64,000 bases of DNA from the NCBI GenBank assembly GCA_947478395.1, contig CANJVR010000002.1, forward strand, positions 224,001-288,000. The letters are read 5' to 3'. This document shows positions 48,915 through 58,091 of this stretch, one piece after another (within the stretch, counting starts at the first letter, position 1; each line of letters opens with the position of its first letter). The notes below the pieces were generated by a model. The model had not been told where the DNA came from. It did not search any database and saw nothing but the letters and a program-made list of their open reading frames with translations. This DNA comes from Opitutia bacterium. Its GTDB lineage: Bacteria; Verrucomicrobiota; Verrucomicrobiia; Opitutales; Opitutaceae. The position numbers were made by a program, and so were the translations under genes.

Positions 48915-50864
48915 ATGACCACGCTTCAACGAATTCAGTCCGCCGTCAGCGCGGGCCAGCTCATGCCCGGCAGCGGCGAAAATCTCGCGGCATTTCTTGG
49001 CGCCCGGCTGCCCGAGTGGGCGCTCGAGAGCATCGAGGAGCTGGTCGCGCGGGGTGCGTGGTCGGAACTTAACGATCGTTTCTATCGCTACCTGGAATTT
49101 GGCACCGGGGGCATGCGTGGCCGCACCATCGGGGTCGTTACGGCCGCCGCCGAAACCGGTGCACTCAGTCCGACTGGTTCGCCCGTGCACGCGGCGATCG
49201 GGAGTAATTTGTTGAATGACTTCACCCTCGTGCGGGCGACGGTGGGCCTGTTTCGCTACACCCAAAAATATCTGCGCGAGCAGGGCATCACGACGAAACC
49301 TCGTTTTGTAATCGCACACGACGTCCGCCATTTTTCGCGTCACTTCTGCGAACTCGCGGCCTCGGCGTGGACCAAGCTCGGTGGCGAGGCGTTTATCTTC
49401 GACGGCCCGCGGCCCACGCCGCAACTTAGTTTCAGTGTGCGCTGGTTGAAGGCGCACGCCGGTGTCGTCATTACGGCGAGCCACAATCCGCCCCACGACA
49501 ACGGCTTTAAAGCCTACTTCGACGACGGTGGGCAGGTCGTCCCGCCCCACGACAAAGGCATCGTCGCCGAGGTCAACGCCGTGCCGCTGTCCGAGCTGGC
49601 CGATTTTCTCGTCCCCAATTTGGCGGGCGTGACCACGCTCGGTCGCGAGGCGGACGATGCTTATCTTACCGTGGCGAGCGAAGCCGCGATCGATCATGCC
49701 GTCCTTAAAAAGACGAAGCTGAAAATCGCGTTCACGAACATTCACGCGACGGGCGCGATCCATTCGATCCCGCTTTTGATCCATGCTGGCTGCGACGTGC
49801 ACCCCGTGAAGGAGCAGCTGAATTTTGACGCCCGGTTTCCCACTGTGAAATCGCCGAACCCTGAGAATGCCGACGCGCTGGCGATGGCCGTGGCCCTCGC
49901 GGAGCGCGATCAATGTGACGTCGTGCTGGCGACGGATCCCGACTGCGACCGGATGGGCTGTGCCGTACGCAGCCGGGCGGGCAAAATGGAGCTATTGACC
50001 GGCAATCAGATTGGCGCGCTGCTCGCCGACTATCGTCTGATGAAGTACAAGGAGCTCGGTTGGATTCCGCGCGAAGGCTCCGAACGGGCGGCGATCATCA
50101 AGACCTACGTGACGACCCAGCTGCAGGACGCGATCGGCCGGGCACACGGCGTAAAGGTCGTCAACACGCTCACGGGCTTCAAGTGGATCGCCGCCAAGAT
50201 GCGCGGCTATGAGGAAAAACTCGGTCGCGCGATGGGCCCCGGGTTTGACTACGACGCGACGCCCTTTGCGGAGCGCGCCCAATTGCTGATGAAGCACAGC
50301 ACGTTTTACGCGTTTGGTTGCGAGGAAAGCTACGGTTACCTGCCCAACGACTACGTGCGCGACAAGGACGGTAATGCCGCGTGCCTGATGTTTGCGGAGG
50401 TGTGTGCGTGGGTGAAGAGCCGCGGGCTCACCGTGCCCGAATATTTAGACGAAATCTTTTTGCGCTGCGGATTCTACCTCGAAGGCGTGATTAACCTCTA
50501 CTACGAAGGCGCGAGCGGAAACGCGAAGATCAAGCGTATCCTCGACACTTACCGCGCCAGTCCGCCGCGCGCGTTTGGGGACGTCGCCGTAACGAAGTTT
50601 CAGGATTTTGGGCGCGAGGATATCCGCGATGCGGACGGCGAAATGATACCGAAACAGGATCTTTATCTCGTTTCGCTGGCCAACGGCTACAGCTTCGCGG
50701 CGCGTGGAAGTGGCACGGAGCCCAAGATGAAATTCTATCTCTTCGCGAACGCGAACGTCGGCAGCGCGGCGGAACTTCCTGCCGTCAAGGCGCGTGTGCG
50801 GGCGACGCTTGATGGCCTGATTAAATGGATCGAAGCGGACGCCAAGAAACGCGCGGAAGGGTAG
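48915..50864 (+). CDS. pgm: Alpha-D-phosphohexomutase (phosphoglucomutase/phosphomannomutase)
   Basis: FGTGGMRG, TASHNP phosphoserine loop, DPDCDR metal loop, TGFK, EESYG, SGTEPK. Confidence 0.94.
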   Translation: MTTLQRIQSAVSAGQLMPGSGENLAAFLGARLPEWALESIEELVARGAWSELNDRFYRYLEFGTGGMRGRTIGVVTAAAETGALSPTGSPVHAAIGSNLLNDFTLVRATVGLFRYTQKYLREQGITTKPRFVIAHDVRHFSRHFCELAASAWTKLGGEAFIFDGPRPTPQLSFSVRWLKAHAGVVITASHNPPHDNGFKAYFDDGGQVVPPHDKGIVAEVNAVPLSELADFLVPNLAGVTTLGREADDAYLTVASEAAIDHAVLKKTKLKIAFTNIHATGAIHSIPLLIHAGCDVHPVKEQLNFDARFPTVKSPNPENADALAMAVALAERDQCDVVLATDPDCDRMGCAVRSRAGKMELLTGNQIGALLADYRLMKYKELGWIPREGSERAAIIKTYVTTQLQDAIGRAHGVKVVNTLTGFKWIAAKMRGYEEKLGRAMGPGFDYDATPFAERAQLLMKHSTFYAFGCEESYGYLPNDYVRDKDGNAACLMFAEVCAWVKSRGLTVPEYLDEIFLRCGFYLEGVINLYYEGASGNAKIKRILDTYRASPPRAFGDVAVTKFQDFGREDIRDADGEMIPKQDLYLVSLANGYSFAARGSGTEPKMKFYLFANANVGSAAELPAVKARVRATLDGLIKWIEADAKKRAEG

Positions 50865-50868
50865 GGCG

Positions 50869-50899
50869 GGCAGGGTGTGTTATCCCTAACGCGCCGGTT
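50869..50899. repeat. REP-like family 2 copy, directly after the pgm stop codon
   Basis: GGCAGGGTGTGTTATCCCTAACGCGCCGGTT, 25/31 identical to 36359-36389. Confidence 0.6.
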
Positions 50900-51015
50900 C
50901 CATGCCACCCTTTCGGCGACCCTAGTCGCCGCCGGCGGGTGTGCTTTTACAACGAGCTTTCGAGGCACTTTCGGTGTCCTTGGTAGTCCGTACACGTTGT
51001 CCTCAAGGACTCCCC

Positions 51016-52338
51016 ATGAAATTCCGCCCCGCTCGATTCATCGTTCTGGCCCTTTTTCTGGCGGCTTCGGTTTTCGCCGCGGCCTCTGCGTCAGTGCCGT
51101 CGGCCGCGATTTCCGCGCCGTCGTTGGCACCGGACCAATTGGCAAAACTCCTCGGCCCGATCGCGCTTTATCCCGATCCGTTGATCGCGTTGATGCTCCC
51201 CGCGTCAACCGTGCCGCTCGACGTCGTTTTGGCGGCCCGTTATTTCAATCAGAACGGTGACCCGGCGCGGGTCGACGAGCAGCCCTGGGACGACAGCGTG
51301 AAAGGTCTGGCGCACTACCAGAACGTGATCATCTGGATGGATGAAAATTTGGCGTGGTCCCTTCAGTTAGGCGAGGCGTTCATCAATCAGCCGGCCGAGG
51401 TTATGAAAACCATCCAATATCTCCGCGCCGAAGCCCGTGCGGCGGGCACCTTGGTGGATACGCCGCAGCAGCAACTCGAGGAGGTCGGCGGCAATATCAT
51501 CATCGTACCAGCCCAGCCCAATGTGATCTACGTTCCAGTGTACGATGCGGACGTCGTGTATCTTGCCCGGCAGAGTTTCTATGCGGGTCCATTCCTAACC
51601 TTTGGCGTGGGCTATGCCACCGGAGTTTGGCTCGGCTACGATTTCGACTGGGAGCGTCGTCGCTTCTGGATAATTAATGAACGCGAGCGGGAGCGGTATT
51701 GGCGTGATCGTCGCGAGCTGCATCGCCCAAATTTTCCCGGTCCCGCGGGAATCTCCGTTGATCGTATGCACACGCCCTGGGTGCCGAATCCCGCTCGTTT
51801 TCATCCCACTGTCCCCTTGGGAAATCGTCCGAGGCCCGACATCGTCAGGCCGTCTCCCTATTCCCTCGATCGTGATCGCCGATCACTCGATGGCCCGCGC
51901 GGACCTGGCTCTGTCCCTTTCGAGCATGGGCCCGTCGGGCGCGATCAGGCGCCGTTTCCACCTCGCGAGCAAATGCCCTCGCCTGATCGGGCGCGGCTTC
52001 CGCCGCGCCGGCCGGAGCTTGTTTCGCCTCCGCCGGCCGTACCGGTGCAGCCTCAGTCCCAGGCGCCGGCGCCAGGGTACAATCGTGGCGTGCGTGTGGC
52101 GCCCGAGGATCGTCCGAGGATCAATCCTTCGAATAATACGCCCCCGAACGCTCCGGCCGCGGGCGGACTAATCCGTCCGCCGGTTCAACTCAACATGAAT
52201 AGCCCGCAGCCAGCGCCCGCGGCCTCACGTCAGGATCGTCGTCCGCCGGCCGCGCCACCGCAACCGGTGCCGCCTGCACAGCCGGCTGCGTCCTCGCCGC
52301 CTCAGGACGAAAAAGCCTCGGGCCGCGGCCAAAATTAA
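51016..52338 (+). CDS. DUF3300 domain secreted protein with Pro/Arg-rich low-complexity tail
   Basis: Signal peptide; LLGPIALYPDPL, WDDSVKGL, LGEAF, TPQQ, IYVPVYD signature. Confidence 0.88.
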   Translation: MKFRPARFIVLALFLAASVFAAASASVPSAAISAPSLAPDQLAKLLGPIALYPDPLIALMLPASTVPLDVVLAARYFNQNGDPARVDEQPWDDSVKGLAHYQNVIIWMDENLAWSLQLGEAFINQPAEVMKTIQYLRAEARAAGTLVDTPQQQLEEVGGNIIIVPAQPNVIYVPVYDADVVYLARQSFYAGPFLTFGVGYATGVWLGYDFDWERRRFWIINERERERYWRDRRELHRPNFPGPAGISVDRMHTPWVPNPARFHPTVPLGNRPRPDIVRPSPYSLDRDRRSLDGPRGPGSVPFEHGPVGRDQAPFPPREQMPSPDRARLPPRRPELVSPPPAVPVQPQSQAPAPGYNRGVRVAPEDRPRINPSNNTPPNAPAAGGLIRPPVQLNMNSPQPAPAASRQDRRPPAAPPQPVPPAQPAASSPPQDEKASGRGQN

Positions 52339-53183
52339 CCCGCTTGCCTCCGCGCCAGCCAAACGGCGCCGGCCATGAGCGCACCGCCGCAGAAAAGGCG
52401 GGTCAGTTCGGCCTGTTCGCCAAAGACCACGAGAGAGCAGGCAACAGCGAGAGGGATCTTTGCATTGTTCATCGCCGCGAGCGTACCGGCGCTTACCTGT
52501 GTTGCCCCGCGATTCCACAGGAAAAATCCAACCCCTGATGCGGCGACGCCCAGATAGAGCAATATCGCCACGTTGGGCAGAGTCAGGGTCAGCGCCGTGA
52601 AATGGGTGCGGAGCAAACTGAACGGAAGCGAGACGGCGAAGGCGCCGGCGTAGAGCAAACCGAACACATCGCGATCTCGGATTGTTGCGACTGCGGTCGC
52701 GGTGCGCCACCGACGGTAGAGTACTTGACCGAGCGCGAAGGCGAGATTGGACAGCTGCACGAGCGTGACTCCAACCAAGGCTCCGGGCGCGGGCGTTGCT
52801 TTGACAACAATCACGGCGCCACCCAGCACGGCGAGCAAGGCGGCGAAGAGCGCCGACGCCCTTAAGGTGCGATCGAACGCATCGGCCAGCAGCGTCACCA
52901 GGATCGGCGTGGTGAGCGTGAAAACGGCGATTTCGTAGCTTTTCAGAAACCGGAAGCTCTCGTTGTAAGCGAGGTACATGAGCCCAAATTGCACCGCGCC
53001 GATGCCGGCGAGGGTGAACCTCGTGCGCGTGTTGATGCCGCGGAGACGGAGAAATGGCAAAAAGACGAGCAGGGCTACGGCGAGCCGGGCCGCGGCGATG
53101 AAGGCTCCATCGAGTCCCGTGAGTCGTGGGACGAGCCCGAACGAAAATGCCCAGATGACGGAAACGAGAAGCAGGAGCAGCAC
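52335..53183 (-). CDS. EamA/DMT family transporter
   Basis: ~10 TM segments, IWAFSFGL, QFGLMY, GFFLWNRGA; stop codon shares TTAA with the convergent DUF3300 gene. Confidence 0.88.
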   Translation of the reverse strand: MLLLLLVSVIWAFSFGLVPRLTGLDGAFIAAARLAVALLVFLPFLRLRGINTRTRFTLAGIGAVQFGLMYLAYNESFRFLKSYEIAVFTLTTPILVTLLADAFDRTLRASALFAALLAVLGGAVIVVKATPAPGALVGVTLVQLSNLAFALGQVLYRRWRTATAVATIRDRDVFGLLYAGAFAVSLPFSLLRTHFTALTLTLPNVAILLYLGVAASGVGFFLWNRGATQVSAGTLAAMNNAKIPLAVACSLVVFGEQAELTRLFCGGALMAGAVWLARRQAG

Positions 53184-53306
53184 GCCGCTGAGCCCAAATC
53201 ACGCGCAGGAATTATCAATCGGAAAGGCGCTTTGGGGCGCACTCCGCTTCGGCCCCAGGGAAAATACTTGGCGCCCGGGCGTAAGTTTTCGTCATCATGA
53301 CCCTCC

Positions 53307-54485
53307 ATGTCTCCGGCCCTTCCGCTCATCGTGCACCTCGATGCGGACGCATTTTTTGTCGCCTGCGAACAGGCGCTTCGGCCCGAGTTGCGCGGGACTA
53401 AATGCGCCGTTGGCGGCACCCAGCGTGGAATCATTTCGTCGGCCAGCTATGAGGCTCGAGCCTGCGGCGTTTACACGCCGATGCCCACGGTGTCCGCGCG
53501 GAAAATATGCCCGGACCTGATTATGATTCCCCACACCCGTGGGCTCTACGGCACCGTGTCACGGCAGATGTTTGACCGATGCGAAAGCCTGACGCCCGTT
53601 GTGCAGCGCAACTCGATCGACGAAGGCTATCTTGATTTAGGACCGTGCGGTCTGCGGGATTTGCAAGCGGTGGAAATGGCCGTCCGCGGGTTGCAGGAGA
53701 AGATCTGGGCTGACCTAAAAATTACCGTTTCGATGGGCATAGCGGCGAATAAACTGGTGGCCCAGATCGCGAGCAAATTGAGCAAGCCTCGCGGGTTTGT
53801 CGTGGTGCCGGTGGGTGAGGAGGAGGAATTTCTCGCGCCGCTGGGCATCGGCAAGCTCCCGGGCATCGGGGCGAAAGCGGAGGCCGGACTGGACGCCCAA
53901 GGGTTTCGGCTCGTGGGCGATATTTTGACCCGGAACGAAGGTGATCTGGCCCGGGCGTTTGGTGACGGATGGCGTGAAGTCGTTGCGATGGCCCGGGGCC
54001 AAGATACCCGCCCGGTTGAGATGACCGACGAAGATGCGAAGAGCTACTCACAACAGGAAACGTTTCACGAGGACCTCGGCGATTTCGCGGCCGTGGCGCG
54101 CATTGCCAAGCGCATGGTTGACGAGCTCCTCGCTCTGGTGAGAGCCGATGGCAAGCGGGTGAAGACGATCACGGTGAAAGTGCGCTACGGCGATTTCACC
54201 CAAATGGCGCACGGCCGGAGTCTGGCAACTGCGTCAGATTTGGAAGTGCGGTTTTATCCCCTCGTGGAAACGCTGCTGAGGGAGGCGTGGACCCAGCGCC
54301 GCAAGCTACGGCTGGTGAGCGTAAGATTTTCGGGAGTCGAGCACGGGGCTGAGCAGTTGGAAATGTTCAACCAGTCCGACGAGAAACGGCGAAAGCTGGC
54401 GGCCGTGTTGGACCGGATGAATGCCGGAGAGAAAAAGCCGCGGGTCCTGCACGGCCATCAGCTTGGGGCAGAAGAGCCATCCTGA
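53307..54485 (+). CDS. dinB: DNA polymerase IV (Y family)
   Basis: HLDADAFFVACE, SYEAR, SIDEGYLD, NKLVAQIAS, PGIG; QLEMF clamp-binding-like motif. Confidence 0.93.
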   Translation: MSPALPLIVHLDADAFFVACEQALRPELRGTKCAVGGTQRGIISSASYEARACGVYTPMPTVSARKICPDLIMIPHTRGLYGTVSRQMFDRCESLTPVVQRNSIDEGYLDLGPCGLRDLQAVEMAVRGLQEKIWADLKITVSMGIAANKLVAQIASKLSKPRGFVVVPVGEEEEFLAPLGIGKLPGIGAKAEAGLDAQGFRLVGDILTRNEGDLARAFGDGWREVVAMARGQDTRPVEMTDEDAKSYSQQETFHEDLGDFAAVARIAKRMVDELLALVRADGKRVKTITVKVRYGDFTQMAHGRSLATASDLEVRFYPLVETLLREAWTQRRKLRLVSVRFSGVEHGAEQLEMFNQSDEKRRKLAAVLDRMNAGEKKPRVLHGHQLGAEEPS

Positions 54486-54534
54486 GCCGGCGTGAGCTTG
54501 CGACGCGGCGGTAGCGGACTAACCCGTTAGGCGC

Positions 54535-55086
54535 ATGCCGATCTACGAGTACTACTGCCAGGACAACCACACGGTTTATCAGTTTTATGCGAAGACGCTG
54601 GCGCAGGGCCGCACGGTACCGAAATGCCCGGACAATCCGAAGTACCGCATGGAAAAAATGGTGTCGGCATTTGCCGTCACATCGGGCGGAAAAAAGGGTG
54701 ACGAGCCTCCGCCGTCGCCAGCCGCAGCCAGTGGTGATTCAGCGGAAGACGCGCGGATGGAGGGGGCGCTGGGCGCGATGGAGCGGGAATTTTCCTCAAT
54801 CGATGAAAACGATCCGCGAGCGATGGGGCGCATGATGCGGCGCATGGCGGAATTATCTGGAGAAAAAATCGACGGCGAGATGGAGGCGGTCGTGCGCAAA
54901 CTTGAGGAGGGAACTGATCCAGATTCGCTGGAGGAACAGCTCGGCGGTGAAGCGACTTCCCCCTTGGAAGATCCTGATGCCGGAGCCGGTGCCCCGCCGC
55001 CGCCAACGCAAAAAGAAGCCCGCGCACGATGGAAGGCGCGGCGCCGCACGCCGACGCGGGACCCGAAACTTTACGACTACGAGTGA
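54535..55086 (+). CDS. FmdB-family zinc-ribbon-like protein with acidic helical C-terminus
   Basis: MPIYEYYC start and KMVSAF motif; DPRAMGRMMRRM segment. Confidence 0.75.
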   Translation: MPIYEYYCQDNHTVYQFYAKTLAQGRTVPKCPDNPKYRMEKMVSAFAVTSGGKKGDEPPPSPAAASGDSAEDARMEGALGAMEREFSSIDENDPRAMGRMMRRMAELSGEKIDGEMEAVVRKLEEGTDPDSLEEQLGGEATSPLEDPDAGAGAPPPPTQKEARARWKARRRTPTRDPKLYDYE

Positions 55087-55163
55087 AGCCCTCGCGTCGC
55101 GTCCCACCTCAGGCAGTGGATTTATAAATTAGATTGAGGCAGAACGCGGATTGCCGCGCATTC

Positions 55164-55979
55164 ATGCCGATGCCATCGCCCGACCTCCTGAATCGAATCG
55201 AAGCCGCGAAGCGCGCCGTCTCGGCGCAAACCGAACTCCTCCACCGCGAGTTTGGCCGAGCGGAGAGCAAATGGAAGAGCGACGGTACGCGGGTGACAGC
55301 CATCGATATCGCGATCTCGGAAAATATTTTTAACGAGCTCGCGGCTCTGTTTCCGGCGGATCAATTTTTCAGCGAGGAACTAGCGAACACCGATGCGGCG
55401 ATTCCGGTGATATCACGGTTTTCATGGGTGCTCGATCCGATCGACGGCACGAATAACTTCGCCCTGGGCATTCCCCATTGCGCGATCTCGCTTGGCCTGT
55501 GTGAAAACGGCACGCCGGTCTATGGCGTGGTGTACGATTTGAGCCGCCGCACCCTGATGCACGGCGGGCCTGAATTCGGGACGTTCGACGGCGAGCGGCG
55601 CGTCAGCGTTCTGAACATTGCGCCGCACGCGGAGAGCATCGTGGGCTTTCACCGTCCGTTCGACCCTGCGCTATTGCCCGCCTGCAATGCGGTGCTCGGT
55701 CAGTTCAAGATCCGCGGCTTGGGCAGTGCCACGCTGCACCTGGCTTACACCGCGGTCGGGCTGTTCGACGGCTGCGTAGACTTTAACGTCAAAATATGGG
55801 ACCTCGCCGCGGCGATCGCCCTCCTGCGCGGCGCGGGCGGCGAGATTCGGTTTCTCAACGGCGAACAACTGCCGATGCGGACTTTCGATCTGAAAATGGG
55901 CCGGATCGTCTACATCGCCGGAGGCCCGCTTGCACTCGCGCGGCTGGCGGAACTCGTCGCATTCCCGTCGAAAAGCTGA
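55164..55979 (+). CDS. Inositol monophosphatase family protein
   Basis: VTAID, SEE, WVLDPIDGTNNF, GSATL, WDLAA motifs. Confidence 0.92.
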   Translation: MPMPSPDLLNRIEAAKRAVSAQTELLHREFGRAESKWKSDGTRVTAIDIAISENIFNELAALFPADQFFSEELANTDAAIPVISRFSWVLDPIDGTNNFALGIPHCAISLGLCENGTPVYGVVYDLSRRTLMHGGPEFGTFDGERRVSVLNIAPHAESIVGFHRPFDPALLPACNAVLGQFKIRGLGSATLHLAYTAVGLFDGCVDFNVKIWDLAAAIALLRGAGGEIRFLNGEQLPMRTFDLKMGRIVYIAGGPLALARLAELVAFPSKS

Positions 55980-56168
55980 TCCGGATTTTCTGGCGTGGAG
56001 CGCCGCAAAATCGGCTGCGGGCGGACGTTTCCAGCGTAAGGGAGGCCTTGAGAATTAGCTGCCGTTGGCCGTACCGAATGCGGTCAAACTACCAGACGAT
56101 TTCGCGCCGAAATGCTTACGCGTTCCGCGACGCGGGAGACTGGACGTCGGGCGATTAGGCCGGCTTGG

Positions 56169-57527
56169 TCAAACTTGGTACGTCTGCAACGGAACCGGAT
56201 CAAGGATCTTCGAGTTCGGCATCTGCGCGGTGAGTTGCTCCATGAACCAAGCCCTCGCGGCCGGATCGCCGTGGGTCAAAATCACGCTGCGCGCTTGGGT
56301 CTGAACGGAAAACTGAACAAGTTCATCGCGATCCGCGTGGCCGCTGAGCTCGAAGCGTTCGACGCGAGCCTTGATCTTCGTTTTTACGTTGGCGGTCTTG
56401 AAAAGAAAGGTGTCGCCCGGTGCGCATGCGAGCAGTTCGCCGCCCGGCGTCTCGGGATCGCAATAGCCGACAAATCCGATCGTGTTGCGGGCATTGCCGA
56501 GCAGACCTGAAGCGAGCGTGTAACTCGGCGTGCGTTCCACGAGCATACCCGAGCTAATGATATAAAGTGCGTTTTGACCGGGGTCCTCACCGGGATTCAG
56601 TTTCCGCGGAGTGGGCTTGATCTTGAGTTCTTTGATGATGCCGCGGTTGAAATTCACATGCTTCGTCTTGCGGCTGATCTCATCGAGGTAGTCCGCGAGA
56701 TCCATGCCGAGGCCCGAGGCGAAGATGGGGCAATCGACCAGCTTCCCGAATTTCCGGGCGTCGTGGATGATCGCGAGCACTTCCTGCATGCGGCCGAGCG
56801 CAAACACCGGGATCAGAAAAGAACCCCCGCGCTGGATCGTGTCGTTGATGCTGGTGACAAGGCGGATCATCTCTTCCGACCGGCTTTTCCCGGGCGCGCG
56901 TTCCGTCGTGCCGCGGGTGGTCTCGGTGACGACCGTATCGAAGTGACCGGCGGGAAAACGGGCGCCGGGTAGCGTGCGTTGGTCGGTGAAGAGCACGTCA
57001 CCCGTGAAAAAGATGCTGCGGTGCTTGTGGTGAATCTCGACGCCTGCCGCCCCGGCAACATGGCCGGCGGGATGGAAGATCAGTTCGATTTCGTCTTTGC
57101 CGCCGCTGAACTTTTTCGCGTGGTTGAAATTCAACCCGACCATGCGTTTGCCGCAGCGGTCAATTTCTTCGTGCGTAAAAAGCGGGTAATCGGGAATGTT
57201 GTTCTCCTCGCGCTGCCGTATCATCACGTTCGCGGAATTGTGCAGCATCCGTTCGATCAGCATGCGGCTGGAAGTGGTCATCACGACCGGCGTGTTGGGA
57301 TGCTCGCGCATGACGACCGGTAAGCTACCGATATGGTCGAGATGGCAGTGCGTGATGATGATCAGATCCAAATTTTGGCCGCGCAAAGGGCTCAGGTCGG
57401 GCGAGGCGCCGCGGCCAATTTTTTTTGGATTCAAGCCGCAATCGATTAGAATCCGGAGATCTCCGAGCTGAATAAATAGGGAGTTGGCACCGATCCCGCC
57501 GTCGCGGTTGAGGTCTGTTAGCTTCAT
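56169..57527 (-). CDS. MBL-fold beta-CASP ribonuclease (CPSF73/YSH1-like)
   Basis: IDCG, THCHLDH (HxHxDH), [34 protein letters not shown]. Confidence 0.9.
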   Translation of the reverse strand: MKLTDLNRDGGIGANSLFIQLGDLRILIDCGLNPKKIGRGASPDLSPLRGQNLDLIIITHCHLDHIGSLPVVMREHPNTPVVMTTSSRMLIERMLHNSANVMIRQREENNIPDYPLFTHEEIDRCGKRMVGLNFNHAKKFSGGKDEIELIFHPAGHVAGAAGVEIHHKHRSIFFTGDVLFTDQRTLPGARFPAGHFDTVVTETTRGTTERAPGKSRSEEMIRLVTSINDTIQRGGSFLIPVFALGRMQEVLAIIHDARKFGKLVDCPIFASGLGMDLADYLDEISRKTKHVNFNRGIIKELKIKPTPRKLNPGEDPGQNALYIISSGMLVERTPSYTLASGLLGNARNTIGFVGYCDPETPGGELLACAPGDTFLFKTANVKTKIKARVERFELSGHADRDELVQFSVQTQARSVILTHGDPAARAWFMEQLTAQMPNSKILDPVPLQTYQV

Positions 57528-57539
57528 GAACGGTCCAGA

Positions 57540-57569
57540 GAGAACGAGAAGACGGTCGAGAACGAGAAC
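57540..57569. repeat. 6-nt periodic repeat in the apaG / beta-CASP spacer
   Basis: GAGAAC GAGAAG ACGGTC GAGAAC GAGAAC, i.e. (GTTCTC)n on the coding strand, 12 nt before the beta-CASP ATG. Confidence 0.7.
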
Positions 57570-57587
57570 CAATTTTTTCCTGCGAAA

Positions 57588-57983
57588 TTAGCCGGGCGGC
57601 GGAGGCGGCACGCGCATTTCGAACGACGGCACCAGGACGTGAATCTTGCGGCCGAGCTCGTCAATGCCGTGAAAGCTGCCGTGCGCGACGGCATCGCAGC
57701 CCGTCACATGGTAGCTGTTGTAGGAAAATTCTTCGCCGACCGCGAGGCGCGGCGTCTCGCCCACAATCTTGTCGCCTTCGATCACGAGCCGAGAACCGTC
57801 CGCATGCTCTACGACCCATTTACGGCCGAGCAGCGTGACGGCGTGGTCCGCCCCGTTGCGAATCGTGACGAAATAAACGAAAGCGTGCGGTTTGTCGACG
57901 GGCAGACTCACCCCGGCGTGATGGTACGCGAGTTTGTCCAAGCGGGCAGTCAGGCCAGGAAGCGCATGCGAAGAACAGGACAT
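57588..57983 (-). CDS. apaG: ApaG domain protein
   Basis: C-terminal 131 aa of ORF 57588..59033 from ATG 57983: [39 protein letters not shown]. Confidence 0.88.
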   Translation of the reverse strand: MSCSSHALPGLTARLDKLAYHHAGVSLPVDKPHAFVYFVTIRNGADHAVTLLGRKWVVEHADGSRLVIEGDKIVGETPRLAVGEEFSYNSYHVTGCDAVAHGSFHGIDELGRKIHVLVPSFEMRVPPPPPG

Positions 57984-58091
57984 GCTCGCAAAGAGAACTG
58001 GGAACGGCTTTCGGGCAAGCGCGGCGTGCAGCGCGCCAGAAAACGCTTCGGGCTTGCTGCGCGCCGGACGGCTGCGCACAAACGCGTTTCC

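Noticed and set aside
57984..58091. ZMP/ZTP riboswitch upstream of purH
   Set aside because: Short divergent spacer lacking the conserved ZTP motif elements
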